A stretch of 64,000 bases of DNA from a virus (Duplodnaviria; Caudoviricetes). A program made the translations under genes and the position numbers. Numbering within the stretch: position 1 is the stretch's first letter; the number at the start of each line of letters is the position of its first letter. Shown piece after piece: positions 46,414-55,361 of the stretch. The stretch lies in IMG/VR virus record IMGVR_UViG_3300037041_001930; one strand, given 5' to 3'. The notes beneath the pieces are model-generated. The model was not told the DNA's origin, did not search any database, and saw only the letters and a list, made by a program, of their open reading frames with translations.

Positions 46414-48202
46414 GTGTACCCCCTTTGATGGCAGCAGTGATTAGCTCATCGATGTAGCCAACGAAGACAAGTCCATGCTTCCACAGCAGCTCACCGCCGA
46501 TGAAAACACGATCAAATGGTTTCTGCATGCGCATCGCATACTTATCCCCGGTATCCTCTGCACCCTGGACTATGAGGTCGAGATTACCCGCTGAGTCCTC
46601 CCATACCTGCCCCACCTCTAACTCAGGGACCAAGCGGTCGAGCTCACGCTGGTTCACCTCAATCTCAGTTTTGAGCTTCTGCATCCGGGCTACCAATGTG
46701 CGTGCATACGAAATCCTCAACGAGGAGGGTGCCATGCACTCGTTGATATCCTTGGCGGCCTGGTCAACCATGGCCCCTACGAGATCCACCCCAGCCATGG
46801 ACTTCGCGAGGTCGACCTCGGGGGGTTGCTTGCCATTCGTGAATCCGATGGGTGGTGGGTTCTCGGTTTCATCGATGACCACCATCGAGGAGTCCTGGCC
46901 ACGGATAACACCATCCTCGGGGAAGTGAACCTTCAGGGGATCATACTTCTTGAGATCTGACTCCGCGAACTCTTTTTCGTACTCGGCTAAATGCGTGGAG
47001 TTCAGATAAGGAACCCAGTTAAATGCCACAGGGTCATCGACGTGTTCACAGCTCACCGGGATCCCAGTGACATGGTAACAATTAAGCACCTTATTAAACA
47101 TGGTGCGTGTAATCTTTACGACTTGTTTGTAGAAAGTGCTCTCCTTTCTAACTACAACTGCGAGATCACCGGTAACAAACTTGGGCTGGTAGGTATGTGA
47201 ACACCCTGTGGCCTGGGGCTCATCGGCCCCCGTAGACGACGTGCAGCACTCAAGGTTGGATTTGGACTGCGCCATGCGGCTCTCTTCCTTGGCAGCCTCG
47301 GCATCGGCCATCACGGTGAGTGCGGGTGCCGGCGTGGTATCCCGGGACTTCCGGACAGTCTCGGTTCCTGGCTTCGGACCCAGACGACGTGACATCGCCA
47401 TGAGTTCCTTGACCTGGGAGAGATCCTGGATGTCCAAGCCGGGGCGATCTACCTTCCGGGTGTCCAGTGTGATCTTGAGCCCCTCGATGGTGGGGGCTCG
47501 GGTGCGCTCGCCCGCCTTGCTGAACTTGGTCTTGAACTCCTCGATGACATCCGGGATCCGGATGTTCTCCAGTGAGCGCTGGAGGAGGTAGCGCGCCCCC
47601 GAGGCATTCATCACCGAGGTATCCATCATGCGATGCGCGGTATATGTGAGGACCTGAATCGCCAATCTGGGGGTCTTGCTGCCCAGGGCTGTCATCGCAG
47701 CCGGGATGTCGATGATAGCCTTGACGGCATTGCTCACGGCGCGTGATGTGCGCTCGGAGTTGCGGTCATAGTGACGCACGATCTCGGGGAGGCGCTTGAG
47801 GACGATGTCTTCTACGATCTCGGTATGGGAGGTAATCGGCATGCTGAATCCTTTCGATTCAATGGTTTTTGGGTTACTGCCAGTTGAAGGTTTATTCAAT
47901 ACCTTTTCTTCGGCATCGCTAACCGAAACTGCTTCTCGGAGACAACAGAGAATCTTCTCTTCCTCGGGGGATCCTTTAACCGCATCGATTTTGTTTACGA
48001 TATTGATGAGTTTCTGGGCATGGCGTGGGCTCGTTCCGTTCCTCCACCCATATTGGTTTTTCAGGGTGTCCGCGATGTTGTTCTTTAGATTTCCACCCCG
48101 AGATTGAATCTCGGGGTGCGCTATTAGATCACGCACTAAGAGTACCATATCGAGTACGGTGAGTTGGCGTCGATGCAAACTGATCAAATGAGGCGTATCC
48201 AT
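46397..48202 (-). CDS. Mosaic hypothetical protein with C-terminal coiled coil + GQVW module
   Basis: 601 aa, SD GGAGG; alternating AT-rich and GC-rich segments; ends LEVGQVWEDSAG...LVFVGYI. Confidence 0.7.
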   Translation of the reverse strand: MDTPHLISLHRRQLTVLDMVLLVRDLIAHPEIQSRGGNLKNNIADTLKNQYGWRNGTSPRHAQKLINIVNKIDAVKGSPEEEKILCCLREAVSVSDAEEKVLNKPSTGSNPKTIESKGFSMPITSHTEIVEDIVLKRLPEIVRHYDRNSERTSRAVSNAVKAIIDIPAAMTALGSKTPRLAIQVLTYTAHRMMDTSVMNASGARYLLQRSLENIRIPDVIEEFKTKFSKAGERTRAPTIEGLKITLDTRKVDRPGLDIQDLSQVKELMAMSRRLGPKPGTETVRKSRDTTPAPALTVMADAEAAKEESRMAQSKSNLECCTSSTGADEPQATGCSHTYQPKFVTGDLAVVVRKESTFYKQVVKITRTMFNKVLNCYHVTGIPVSCEHVDDPVAFNWVPYLNSTHLAEYEKEFAESDLKKYDPLKVHFPEDGVIRGQDSSMVVIDETENPPPIGFTNGKQPPEVDLAKSMAGVDLVGAMVDQAAKDINECMAPSSLRISYARTLVARMQKLKTEIEVNQRELDRLVPELEVGQVWEDSAGNLDLIVQGAEDTGDKYAMRMQKPFDRVFIGGELLWKHGLVFVGYIDELITAAIKGGTHADSK

Positions 48203-48232
48203 ATCCTAGCCTCCAGAAGTGGATTGTGGTGC

Positions 48233-48775
48233 TCAGAACATCTTGCGGATGTCGCTATCAGTGAGGGTCACCCACTTGTTGCCATCGCGCTGGCTGAGGT
48301 CGACCTCGGGGAACTGCTTGAGGTTGTACTTTGTCTTGATGGTGTTGCAGCGATCCGCTGCATTACGTGCACGACGTGCCGAGGCCTTCCAGGCCTGACG
48401 AGGTGGCTTCGTGGAGTAGCGCCCCCGGTAAGCCAAGATGAGATCAGGGTGGGCTTCGTAGAGTGCCGTGGAGTTGTGGCAGACATGGCGGCGTGCGGCA
48501 CCGATGACATTGAAAGACAGGATGTACGGAGTCGCCTCGACCAGGACTTCACGGGGTTTCGTGAGGCCATGGTAGACATTGGCGTCCATGCCTTCGGCGA
48601 AGGCGATCTCGGCGACCAGGACCCCCACCGTGGAGTTGATGTGGTGCGGATTCGCGATCAGGAAGCGTTCAACGGCGATGCAGGCCGCGGAGAAGTCGAG
48701 AGCTGGTTTTGGGAGCACATCAGTGCTCGAAAACAAAGGAGGCAGAGTGGCGGAAGTGGACTTTTGCTTGGACAT
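48233..48775 (-). CDS. Hypothetical protein
   Basis: Start MSKQK behind GGGGAA. Confidence 0.6.
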   Translation of the reverse strand: MSKQKSTSATLPPLFSSTDVLPKPALDFSAACIAVERFLIANPHHINSTVGVLVAEIAFAEGMDANVYHGLTKPREVLVEATPYILSFNVIGAARRHVCHNSTALYEAHPDLILAYRGRYSTKPPRQAWKASARRARNAADRCNTIKTKYNLKQFPEVDLSQRDGNKWVTLTDSDIRKMF

Positions 48776-48860
48776 GGATTCCCCCGATTCGACTGGATGA
48801 GTCGACTGGTTATGGGGTTTCTTCAACACGGTGTGGCCCCTCTCGGGGCGATTTTGGATT

Positions 48861-49544
48861 TTATGCTGCGACGACCTCGGCCTCGAGCCGAGTGATCATG
48901 GGCAGAAGACGCTTGGTGATGTGGTCGACCACGGTGAAGTAGTCAGGGGTATCTACTGGGAACTCTTTGGCAGCTTGTTGCTCGCACTGGGCACGCATGA
49001 GTTTCAACCTGGGCAGGATGGCCTCGTCGATTTTGGCTAGGGAATCCTGTATCTTTGGAGATGATCTTGGCGATTGAAGCCTGACGCTTGACTCACATGC
49101 AGTGCCCCTCTTCAACTCACGCTTGGCCCCACGTCCAGCATCGTGTCTCTTAGACTGGTCTAAGGTGCGCTCATACAGTGAACGATGTGACCGCAAGATT
49201 TTGGCAGCAACCATTAGATTTGCGCTCGACGTGTCCTTTCGGAGCCCATACTTTCTACAAAACTTGTATTTTTCTTTCGGTTGTGCGAATATATTTGGAT
49301 CAACATTCACGATGTCACGGGCTACATCGGGATGCTTGAGTGGGTGAAATCCACCATTCCTACACAAAAAGGAGTCCCATACAGAACATACTGTGTCGCA
49401 AGTTATCTTCTGCAACACTCCAGCGGTTCCCCATTTTTCTGCACGTACCAGCTGCCTAAGTGTTTCAGTGCGATTTGGAGCACTAGCCACCTTTTCTGCG
49501 TTATTCACGATCAGCCAGCGTAGGCGTTCTCTGATGTTTTTCAT
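48861..49544 (-). CDS. Hypothetical basic protein
   Basis: 227 aa, SD GGAG, AT-rich 5' half. Confidence 0.65.
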   Translation of the reverse strand: MKNIRERLRWLIVNNAEKVASAPNRTETLRQLVRAEKWGTAGVLQKITCDTVCSVWDSFLCRNGGFHPLKHPDVARDIVNVDPNIFAQPKEKYKFCRKYGLRKDTSSANLMVAAKILRSHRSLYERTLDQSKRHDAGRGAKRELKRGTACESSVRLQSPRSSPKIQDSLAKIDEAILPRLKLMRAQCEQQAAKEFPVDTPDYFTVVDHITKRLLPMITRLEAEVVAA

Positions 49545-49565
49545 TGTCTTGTCTCCAAAGAATGA

Positions 49566-49590
49566 ACCCCTGCGGGATCACCGCAGGGGT
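49566..49590. terminator. GC-rich hairpin, probable terminator
   Basis: ACCCCTGCGG-gatca-CCGCAGGGGT with T-rich flanks. Confidence 0.65.
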
Positions 49591-49754
49591 CTTGATTTTT
49601 CTTTATCTATGGGTCCTCGGGGGCCTTGTGTCCCCAGCCCTCGGTTTACGCTTGGTCGCCCTCAGGAGACCACATGCGTAAGATCGAACAGAGCGAGAAA
49701 TCCCGTGTCATGTTCTTGATCATCATTGTTCTCGTCATCGCTGGGCTCGCCGTG

Positions 49755-50258
49755 TTATCCCACTTCCTGTAGGGTGTGGCCATCCCTGGCGTACAGGAAC
49801 TCACGTGGGCTAACGAGTCTCTCGCCGGCTTCCAATAACTTGTTGGCCAGCCGAACCGGGGTGTACTGGTGGGCCTTGATGCCCCTGACATCCCCGTAAT
49901 CGCCTTCCTGGAGCCCGCGAATCGTGAGCTCAGAGCAGAACCACTTATCAGCGGTCTGCCGCCCCCAGGGCAGCACGATGGAAAAGGCGACGCCAAGCCA
50001 GTCGTATTCGGCACCCACCTGGGAGTCACAGAATGCCCGCACCTTGGCCTCATCACCACCGCGGACCCCAATGCAGTCCCAGTCATTGGGATTCCAGCCC
50101 TGGGGGTCTAAGAGGTATCTGGCCTCATAGGCCGAGGAGACCCCAAAACGAGTGCCATCTGAAAACAAGAGTTCGCAGTGGCTATAGGGGCCTCTGCTGA
50201 AACAACGGATGAGGCGATCCTGAAGCGAATGGCCTCCCTTCCAGAATAACACGTACAT
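49755..50258 (-). CDS. Permuted papain-like NlpC/P60 (YiiX/YebB-like) amidase/peptidase
   Basis: GPYSHCELLF (His), YDWLG, KWFCSEL (Cys): the circularly permuted order. Confidence 0.85.
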   Translation of the reverse strand: MYVLFWKGGHSLQDRLIRCFSRGPYSHCELLFSDGTRFGVSSAYEARYLLDPQGWNPNDWDCIGVRGGDEAKVRAFCDSQVGAEYDWLGVAFSIVLPWGRQTADKWFCSELTIRGLQEGDYGDVRGIKAHQYTPVRLANKLLEAGERLVSPREFLYARDGHTLQEVG

Positions 50259-50268
50259 GACGTCCCTT

Positions 50269-50763
50269 TCATGGCCCCCGGGGTTGACGCTTCGCACGTG
50301 CCACGACGCCCTCACGCGGGGCGGGGTGGATGCGCTGCGCCCACGTCTTCACGTCATCGAGGTAATCATTACCCCTGCCCAGTAGGGCCCCGCGGACCCC
50401 CACATTGTAGGCGCGGACACTGGCGTCCCAAGAGCCCAAGCGGGCGTAGAGATCCTGCATGCGCCGGATGAATACGCTCTGGGCGAACTCGGTGTCCACG
50501 GCGAGATCGTCTACATCGCCGACTCCCATGGTTTCCCTGAAGACCGCAGGGGTCATCTGGAAGGGCCCACGTTCGCCGGCGCGACCACGCTTGCGGTTGA
50601 TGTAGACGATCTCCCCAGTGGGGGCATAGAACGATGAGGTCTCGACACCGAGGATCCCATGGAGTACCCACTGGGGGACTTCAGGGATCTCGGGGAGTGT
50701 GGCGGATACCGCTGAGAACACGGGTGCAAGACACAGTAACGCAATCAGGACTACTACTCGCAT
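50269..50763 (-). CDS. Soluble lytic transglycosylase (endolysin-like) with N-terminal signal peptide
   Basis: ILGVETSS (catalytic Glu), GPFQMTP, VRAYNVG; hydrophobic N-terminus MRVVVLIALLCLAPVFSAVSA. Confidence 0.85.
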   Translation of the reverse strand: MRVVVLIALLCLAPVFSAVSATLPEIPEVPQWVLHGILGVETSSFYAPTGEIVYINRKRGRAGERGPFQMTPAVFRETMGVGDVDDLAVDTEFAQSVFIRRMQDLYARLGSWDASVRAYNVGVRGALLGRGNDYLDDVKTWAQRIHPAPREGVVARAKRQPRGP

Positions 50764-51104
50764 GTAGACTCCTCGGGTAGTCGTGGTTGTGGAAACTCGA
50801 TCTCGGCTTCGAGATCGAGGTGGACATCGGGGTCATCTGGGTTCTCGGAAACCCCGATGCGGGCTTCTAAGGATGCCGGGTAGACCTTGCGAAGGAAGGG
50901 AAGCGCCATCGCGGCGTTCTCGGCAGAGAATCCATGGAACTCGGCCTCGTCTCCGAAATCAGAGATCTCGGCCTCCAGCAAGGCACGCTGAATCCTGGCA
51001 TCGGAGATGCCAAGTATCCAGTGCACCCTGCGGAGATGAACCAGCGCCAAGATCTCCAGCTTAGGAGACAGGGCAGCCATAATGGTGTACAGGGGTCGGA
51101 GCAT
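50754..51104 (-). CDS. Hypothetical protein
   Basis: 116-aa ORF in the coupled gene run. Confidence 0.55.
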   Translation of the reverse strand: MLRPLYTIMAALSPKLEILALVHLRRVHWILGISDARIQRALLEAEISDFGDEAEFHGFSAENAAMALPFLRKVYPASLEARIGVSENPDDPDVHLDLEAEIEFPQPRLPEESTCE

Positions 51105-51119
51105 GCCTTGCCCCAGGAC

Positions 51120-51503
51120 TCAGATCTTGATTCGCCGACCCACGGTTTCCAGGCGCTCACGGAGCGCATTGATAACACGCACCTTCTCGAAGATGTCACG
51201 CTTGGCCTGGTGGGACAGCTTCCCCGACTTCTTGGACTTCGAGGTGATGCCATCCAGGATGCCTACGATGCCAGAGGCGGCGTCGCGGAGAGCATCAATA
51301 AAGGACCCGGCATCGACCTGGATCTGTGGGTTACCCCCGGTGGTCGGCAGCTTGAGCACGAGCTCTTGCCGCCAGGGGCGAGCTGGTATCTTGTAGACCC
51401 CCTTGCGGATCACCTTGCAGCCATGGGCACCCTTCATGGATCCCGGCTTGCGTGGGGCCTCAACGGGCACAGTGGGGGCTTCAACGGGTTTGCGGGATGC
51501 CAT
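51120..51503 (-). CDS. Hypothetical basic protein
   Basis: 127 aa with SD AGAGGAG. Confidence 0.65.
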   Translation of the reverse strand: MASRKPVEAPTVPVEAPRKPGSMKGAHGCKVIRKGVYKIPARPWRQELVLKLPTTGGNPQIQVDAGSFIDALRDAASGIVGILDGITSKSKKSGKLSHQAKRDIFEKVRVINALRERLETVGRRIKI

Positions 51504-51543
51504 GTGATCTCCTCTTCGGCGAGATGATCACTACCCTTTACTT

Positions 51544-51936
51544 TCAGTCAAGTGCGTCAGTCTTGGCGGTCGGCGTGACCTGCATGCTGACCATGCCCAT
51601 CCCCGCCATACGCGCCGCCATCTCCGGCGAACACAGGTTACCCAGCACTGTACGTGGTGTCAGTAGTTTCCAGAGGCCCAGCGCTGCACCCAGGCCGATT
51701 AGCAACAGTGCCGCGCCTTGGTCTCCAACCCACCCACCCAACTCGATGTAATTGTGTTCCTTGCCATCCAGGGGGTCCATCTCGCAGAACACGCCCTTGT
51801 GGGCCGCCATCGCTGACTTCAGCGCGTCGGCCGTGGCATCAGGTGCCTTGCGCACACCGAAAAAGATCACATCGGCGTCGGCGTCTTCCGACTTACAATG
51901 GATGGAATTGCTTTGCAAATAGTCGATTAAACTCAT
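51544..51936 (-). CDS. Conserved-looking phage hypothetical protein
   Basis: Start MSLIDY behind AAAGGA; DGKEHNYIELGGWVGDQG..L..IGLG..LG.W.LLTP. Confidence 0.7.
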   Translation of the reverse strand: MSLIDYLQSNSIHCKSEDADADVIFFGVRKAPDATADALKSAMAAHKGVFCEMDPLDGKEHNYIELGGWVGDQGAALLLIGLGAALGLWKLLTPRTVLGNLCSPEMAARMAGMGMVSMQVTPTAKTDALD

Positions 51937-51992
51937 GGTGTTTCCTTTCGGGAAACAGTGGTTATTAAACACGACCAGTATGGTTATGGGTG

Positions 51993-52598
51993 TTATGGGG
52001 CCGCTGTTGCCGCCGCCGCAGATGCCGCCCTTAGCTCGGCCTGGCTCCACATCACTGACTTGCTTTCGCCCTTGTAGGGCAAAGCAAGTTTTTTATCCAG
52101 CAAATAGGCATTCAGGGATATTCCATCTTTATCATAGAACTCGACGATAGCTCTGCCGTATTTATCGAGTGACTTGGATTCACATGTCACGGCGCGCTTC
52201 ATCCATTCCACAACAATGGCTCGAACAGCGAGCCCAACTGGCTTCTGGGGGCCGGTGACTTCAGGGGTATCAAGCCCCTCGAGGCGGTAACACACCTTGC
52301 GCGAGATCTGGAATCCGAGGTCGAGGTTCACCCAACCCGAATCCCCGTCGTGGACATCGATGATGGACAGCACGGGATAAACGTAGGGTTTCATGCCTTT
52401 CAAGTATCGGGGTTTCTCGGCGGCGTCCACATACGCGGGACACTGGGGCAACACGGTTGTGGCCTCCACTGTAGTTACTGTCACCCTTGGCTTGTCACAT
52501 GCAGCCGCGATGTATATGAATATCATAGATAGCGAGAACACTACGAGGAGTAACCCAATAGCAGCTAGTATGGGCTTTACTAACTCAGAGTATTTCAT
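51993..52598 (-). CDS. Staphylococcal nuclease (SNase/thermonuclease) homologue with N-terminal membrane anchor
   Basis: VHDGDS, RLEGLDTPE, DKYGRAI, NAYLLDKKLALPY; N-terminal TM segment ending in AAAC. Confidence 0.9.
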   Translation of the reverse strand: MKYSELVKPILAAIGLLLVVFSLSMIFIYIAAACDKPRVTVTTVEATTVLPQCPAYVDAAEKPRYLKGMKPYVYPVLSIIDVHDGDSGWVNLDLGFQISRKVCYRLEGLDTPEVTGPQKPVGLAVRAIVVEWMKRAVTCESKSLDKYGRAIVEFYDKDGISLNAYLLDKKLALPYKGESKSVMWSQAELRAASAAAATAAP

Positions 52599-53143
52599 TA
52601 CCCCACCTTTCTGGCGACCTGGTATTGGTAGGTCTGCCTAATCAGGAGTGCGGAACCCGCCTTAATTGAGGCTGCAATGATTTCATCCTGGGTAGCCCGT
52701 GAGGACAACGTGAGATCACGGAATGCCATGAGATTGATACCACTGCGTGTCGCATCACCGAGCACGCTGACGTAATCACTGAAGACTGCGGATAACGAAT
52801 TGATGACCCCCTGACGAGGTGCCGCCCACTCGAACGTGGGTAACGCCGCTGCAATGGGGCCATCCGAATCGAACCTGACATATGTGAACCCGTCATGCCA
52901 CGCCTGACGGAGGATGTTGTCAAATGCCGGGCTGAACCCGAACATACTGGGCGTGTTTTCCTCGTCATAATCAGCGCAGTAGACCCAGTAGCCCCCATTG
53001 GTGTCATCCAGCATGAGTATCGGGTTGTCGGGCTCCCTGAGCCCGTCATGAATGGATTCTAGGATGTCGTGGTCAAGATGGGTGAGATGCGCTGTCGACA
53101 GCACGGCGACCTTCATGATCTCCTGAAATACGGACTTAGTCAT
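52598..53143 (-). CDS. DUF5983-like protein
   Basis: VLSTAHLT...GFTYVRFDSDG. Confidence 0.6.
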   Translation of the reverse strand: MTKSVFQEIMKVAVLSTAHLTHLDHDILESIHDGLREPDNPILMLDDTNGGYWVYCADYDEENTPSMFGFSPAFDNILRQAWHDGFTYVRFDSDGPIAAALPTFEWAAPRQGVINSLSAVFSDYVSVLGDATRSGINLMAFRDLTLSSRATQDEIIAASIKAGSALLIRQTYQYQVARKVG

Positions 53144-53373
53144 TCTACCTCCTGTGAGGCTTCATGGGGTTCAGCAACGGTATCGTGGCCCTCCAGGAAC
53201 ACGAGGCACTCGGCACGGGTGGGCTTCCGGCCAAGGAGTTTGATAAGTGCAGGCTCATCCTCGACGACAGCCCAGTCGTAGCCATCGTAGGGTGTGATGT
53301 CGATACCTGCGGCGAGGGCGTCGCGTGCTGACTTAGCACCGAGCTCGCGAATAGCAGCAAGGCTAATGCTCAT
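53140..53373 (-). CDS. Small hypothetical protein
   Basis: 77 aa, SD GGAGG, ATGA overlap downstream. Confidence 0.6.
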   Translation of the reverse strand: MSISLAAIRELGAKSARDALAAGIDITPYDGYDWAVVEDEPALIKLLGRKPTRAECLVFLEGHDTVAEPHEASQEVE

Positions 53374-53385
53374 GTCGTGGCCTCC

Positions 53386-53425
53386 AAAAAAAAGAACGAG
53401 GCCACGACATCGCTGCCGTGGCCTC
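53386..53425 (-). terminator. Intrinsic terminator after the MazG-like gene
   Basis: Minus strand GAGGCCACGGCA-GCGA-TGTCGTGGCCTC-GTTC-T8. Confidence 0.85.
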
Positions 53426-53447
53426 TTGGGTTCATGAAATCAGCGGT

Positions 53448-54275
53448 CTACTTGCGACCGTGCCCTTTGCCATGCTTGGGTGCTGGCTTCTCGACTTCGA
53501 CAGCCTTGGGGGCCTCGACTTCGGGGGTGTCATCATGGACCACGATGACAGGGTCAACTTTGTCTCCAGTGTCGAGACTGGTCTCGGGCTCTGAATCCCC
53601 CACGTGGCACAGGGAAACGGGTTCACTGGGTTCGACTGGCGCCACAGGAGCCGCTGGGGTGACCACTGGGGCGACCACTGGGGCTGCCACTGGGGCGATG
53701 GCACCGGCTTGATCCAGGATCGCACGTTCGGCGCTGAGATCGCGAGTAATCGCGGCTGCAGCGGTGAACACGGGCTTGGCGTTGAGCTTGGCGTAACGCC
53801 GAGCCAACTTGTCCCGGTTGCTCTGCCAACGCTTGACCTGGGTGCCCTCGATACGTGAATCCAGGAGAGCCTGGTACCAGTCGACATCACCGGATTCCTC
53901 GAGTAGGTTGGTGAGATCCAGTTGTTTCCCATCATACATCGCCTTGATCAAGGCCTGGACGAGTTCGCCGGCTTCAGTGGCGATACCAACAATGGCATGG
54001 AAAATCTGGGGATCCACGGGGAACGGTTTCGGTGCGGGTAGGGCACCGGCAACCATGGGGGCTGGGAATGGCTTCCCGTAGACCGTTGTTTTCTTGACGT
54101 GGTCGAGGACCTGGGATGCCTGCAGGAAGTCTTCGAGAGACTTCTTGAGGACCCCTCGATGCAGGCGATCCTCGAGATCAATCGCGGAGTCCGGGCATGC
54201 CGTGGACAACGCGGCTTCAGAGTAGGCCTCGGGGGTCGAAATGACGACCTGGCCATCCAATGGGTGATTTATCAT
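53448..54275 (-). CDS. MazG-like nucleoside-triphosphate pyrophosphohydrolase with Pro/Ala/Val-rich tail
   Basis: HAIVGIATEAGEL...LLEESGDVDWYQALL...NRDKLARRY (ExxE/EExGD metal motifs). Confidence 0.85.
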   Translation of the reverse strand: MINHPLDGQVVISTPEAYSEAALSTACPDSAIDLEDRLHRGVLKKSLEDFLQASQVLDHVKKTTVYGKPFPAPMVAGALPAPKPFPVDPQIFHAIVGIATEAGELVQALIKAMYDGKQLDLTNLLEESGDVDWYQALLDSRIEGTQVKRWQSNRDKLARRYAKLNAKPVFTAAAAITRDLSAERAILDQAGAIAPVAAPVVAPVVTPAAPVAPVEPSEPVSLCHVGDSEPETSLDTGDKVDPVIVVHDDTPEVEAPKAVEVEKPAPKHGKGHGRK

Positions 54276-54631
54276 TTAGCAACTCCTTTTTGAGTGTCTT
54301 GACATGGTGGAGGTCCATTTTCTCCGGATTCGCAGGGCCCACGACATGCACAGGGCTGACACGCCGAGCACCTCGTGGTATGGAAGTCTGCGTTCAGGCG
54401 AGCAATCGCGATCTTACTCCACGTGTTCGTGATCAGATAGGTGATGAGAACAGCACCCGTGGTGATCAAGAGGATGGGGTCAGTGAAGATGCCCTTGGCG
54501 AACCAGACCACGGCGAGGAAGCCGAGGACGAGTAAGAATCGTGAGGACGTCATCAATGTGGAGTCCTTGACGATTGGTTTCGTGGCATCGACGACTTGAG
54601 ATCGCGAGATCTCGAATCCGAGGATATTCAT
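54272..54631 (-). CDS. Two-TM membrane protein with Cys-rich C-terminal tail (holin-like topology)
   Basis: FLLVLGFLAVVWF and ILLITTGAVLITYLIT helices, followed by CSACQPCACRGPC. Confidence 0.6.
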   Translation of the reverse strand: MNILGFEISRSQVVDATKPIVKDSTLMTSSRFLLVLGFLAVVWFAKGIFTDPILLITTGAVLITYLITNTWSKIAIARLNADFHTTRCSACQPCACRGPCESGENGPPPCQDTQKGVAK

Positions 54632-54643
54632 GGGGTCCCTTTC

Positions 54644-55243
54644 CTAGAACCTGGCTTGTACGGAGAGCCCAGCAACAAGGCCAGGCTGGAGAGAACTATT
54701 ACCGCCGTAAGGAAGAGTGTACCAGCAGCCCAGGCCGAAGCAGTCCAAGGGCTCCGGAAAGTAATCCCGGGGCGCATACACGCTGGCACCGACGCCGAAG
54801 CGGTCATTGGTGAGTACGAGATCGGGAGATAGTGTACCGAAGAAGACGCGGACAGGGCTGGCGCGGAGGCCGACCTCGAGCTTTTGGTCGGCAAAGGACA
54901 TTCCAGCAATGGCACCGAAATCCCAGGCGTACTCGCCGAGATAAGTATCGGGCTTGTAGCTGACCTTGAAGGGGAACTTGGGGTCATTGGCTTGTCCGGG
55001 GTCCTCGTAGAGCACGCCACGGTTATCAGTGACAAACACACCAAGGACACCGTTAGTAGACTTGTCACGGAGGAAAAGAGTCCCGGTACCATCGGTGTCT
55101 TTCTTCCAATTCCAGTGCATCGAGGTGGCATCATACTTGATCACATCCTTCCCTGCAATTGAACTCCCGGGTTGCGCGGTCAGCGATGAATAGATCACCC
55201 AGCCCACAAATGCAATGATCGCGAAACCGAATATCTGATTCAT
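54644..55243 (-). CDS. Exported protein with amphipathic beta strands and terminal Phe (outer-membrane beta-barrel-like)
   Basis: N-terminal hydrophobic helix; strands WDFGAIAG, LEVGLRA, FGVGASV; ends GLSVQARF. Confidence 0.55.
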   Translation of the reverse strand: MNQIFGFAIIAFVGWVIYSSLTAQPGSSIAGKDVIKYDATSMHWNWKKDTDGTGTLFLRDKSTNGVLGVFVTDNRGVLYEDPGQANDPKFPFKVSYKPDTYLGEYAWDFGAIAGMSFADQKLEVGLRASPVRVFFGTLSPDLVLTNDRFGVGASVYAPRDYFPEPLDCFGLGCWYTLPYGGNSSLQPGLVAGLSVQARF

Positions 55244-55361
55244 GAGTATTTCACCCCATACGGCTGGGCTCGATTTCGCGCACACTCACGACTTGGCTAA
55301 TCAAGAATGCACGCTATGTTGAGCGCGCATGCTATGAGATCGGACTCAAAAGGAAAGCCTC

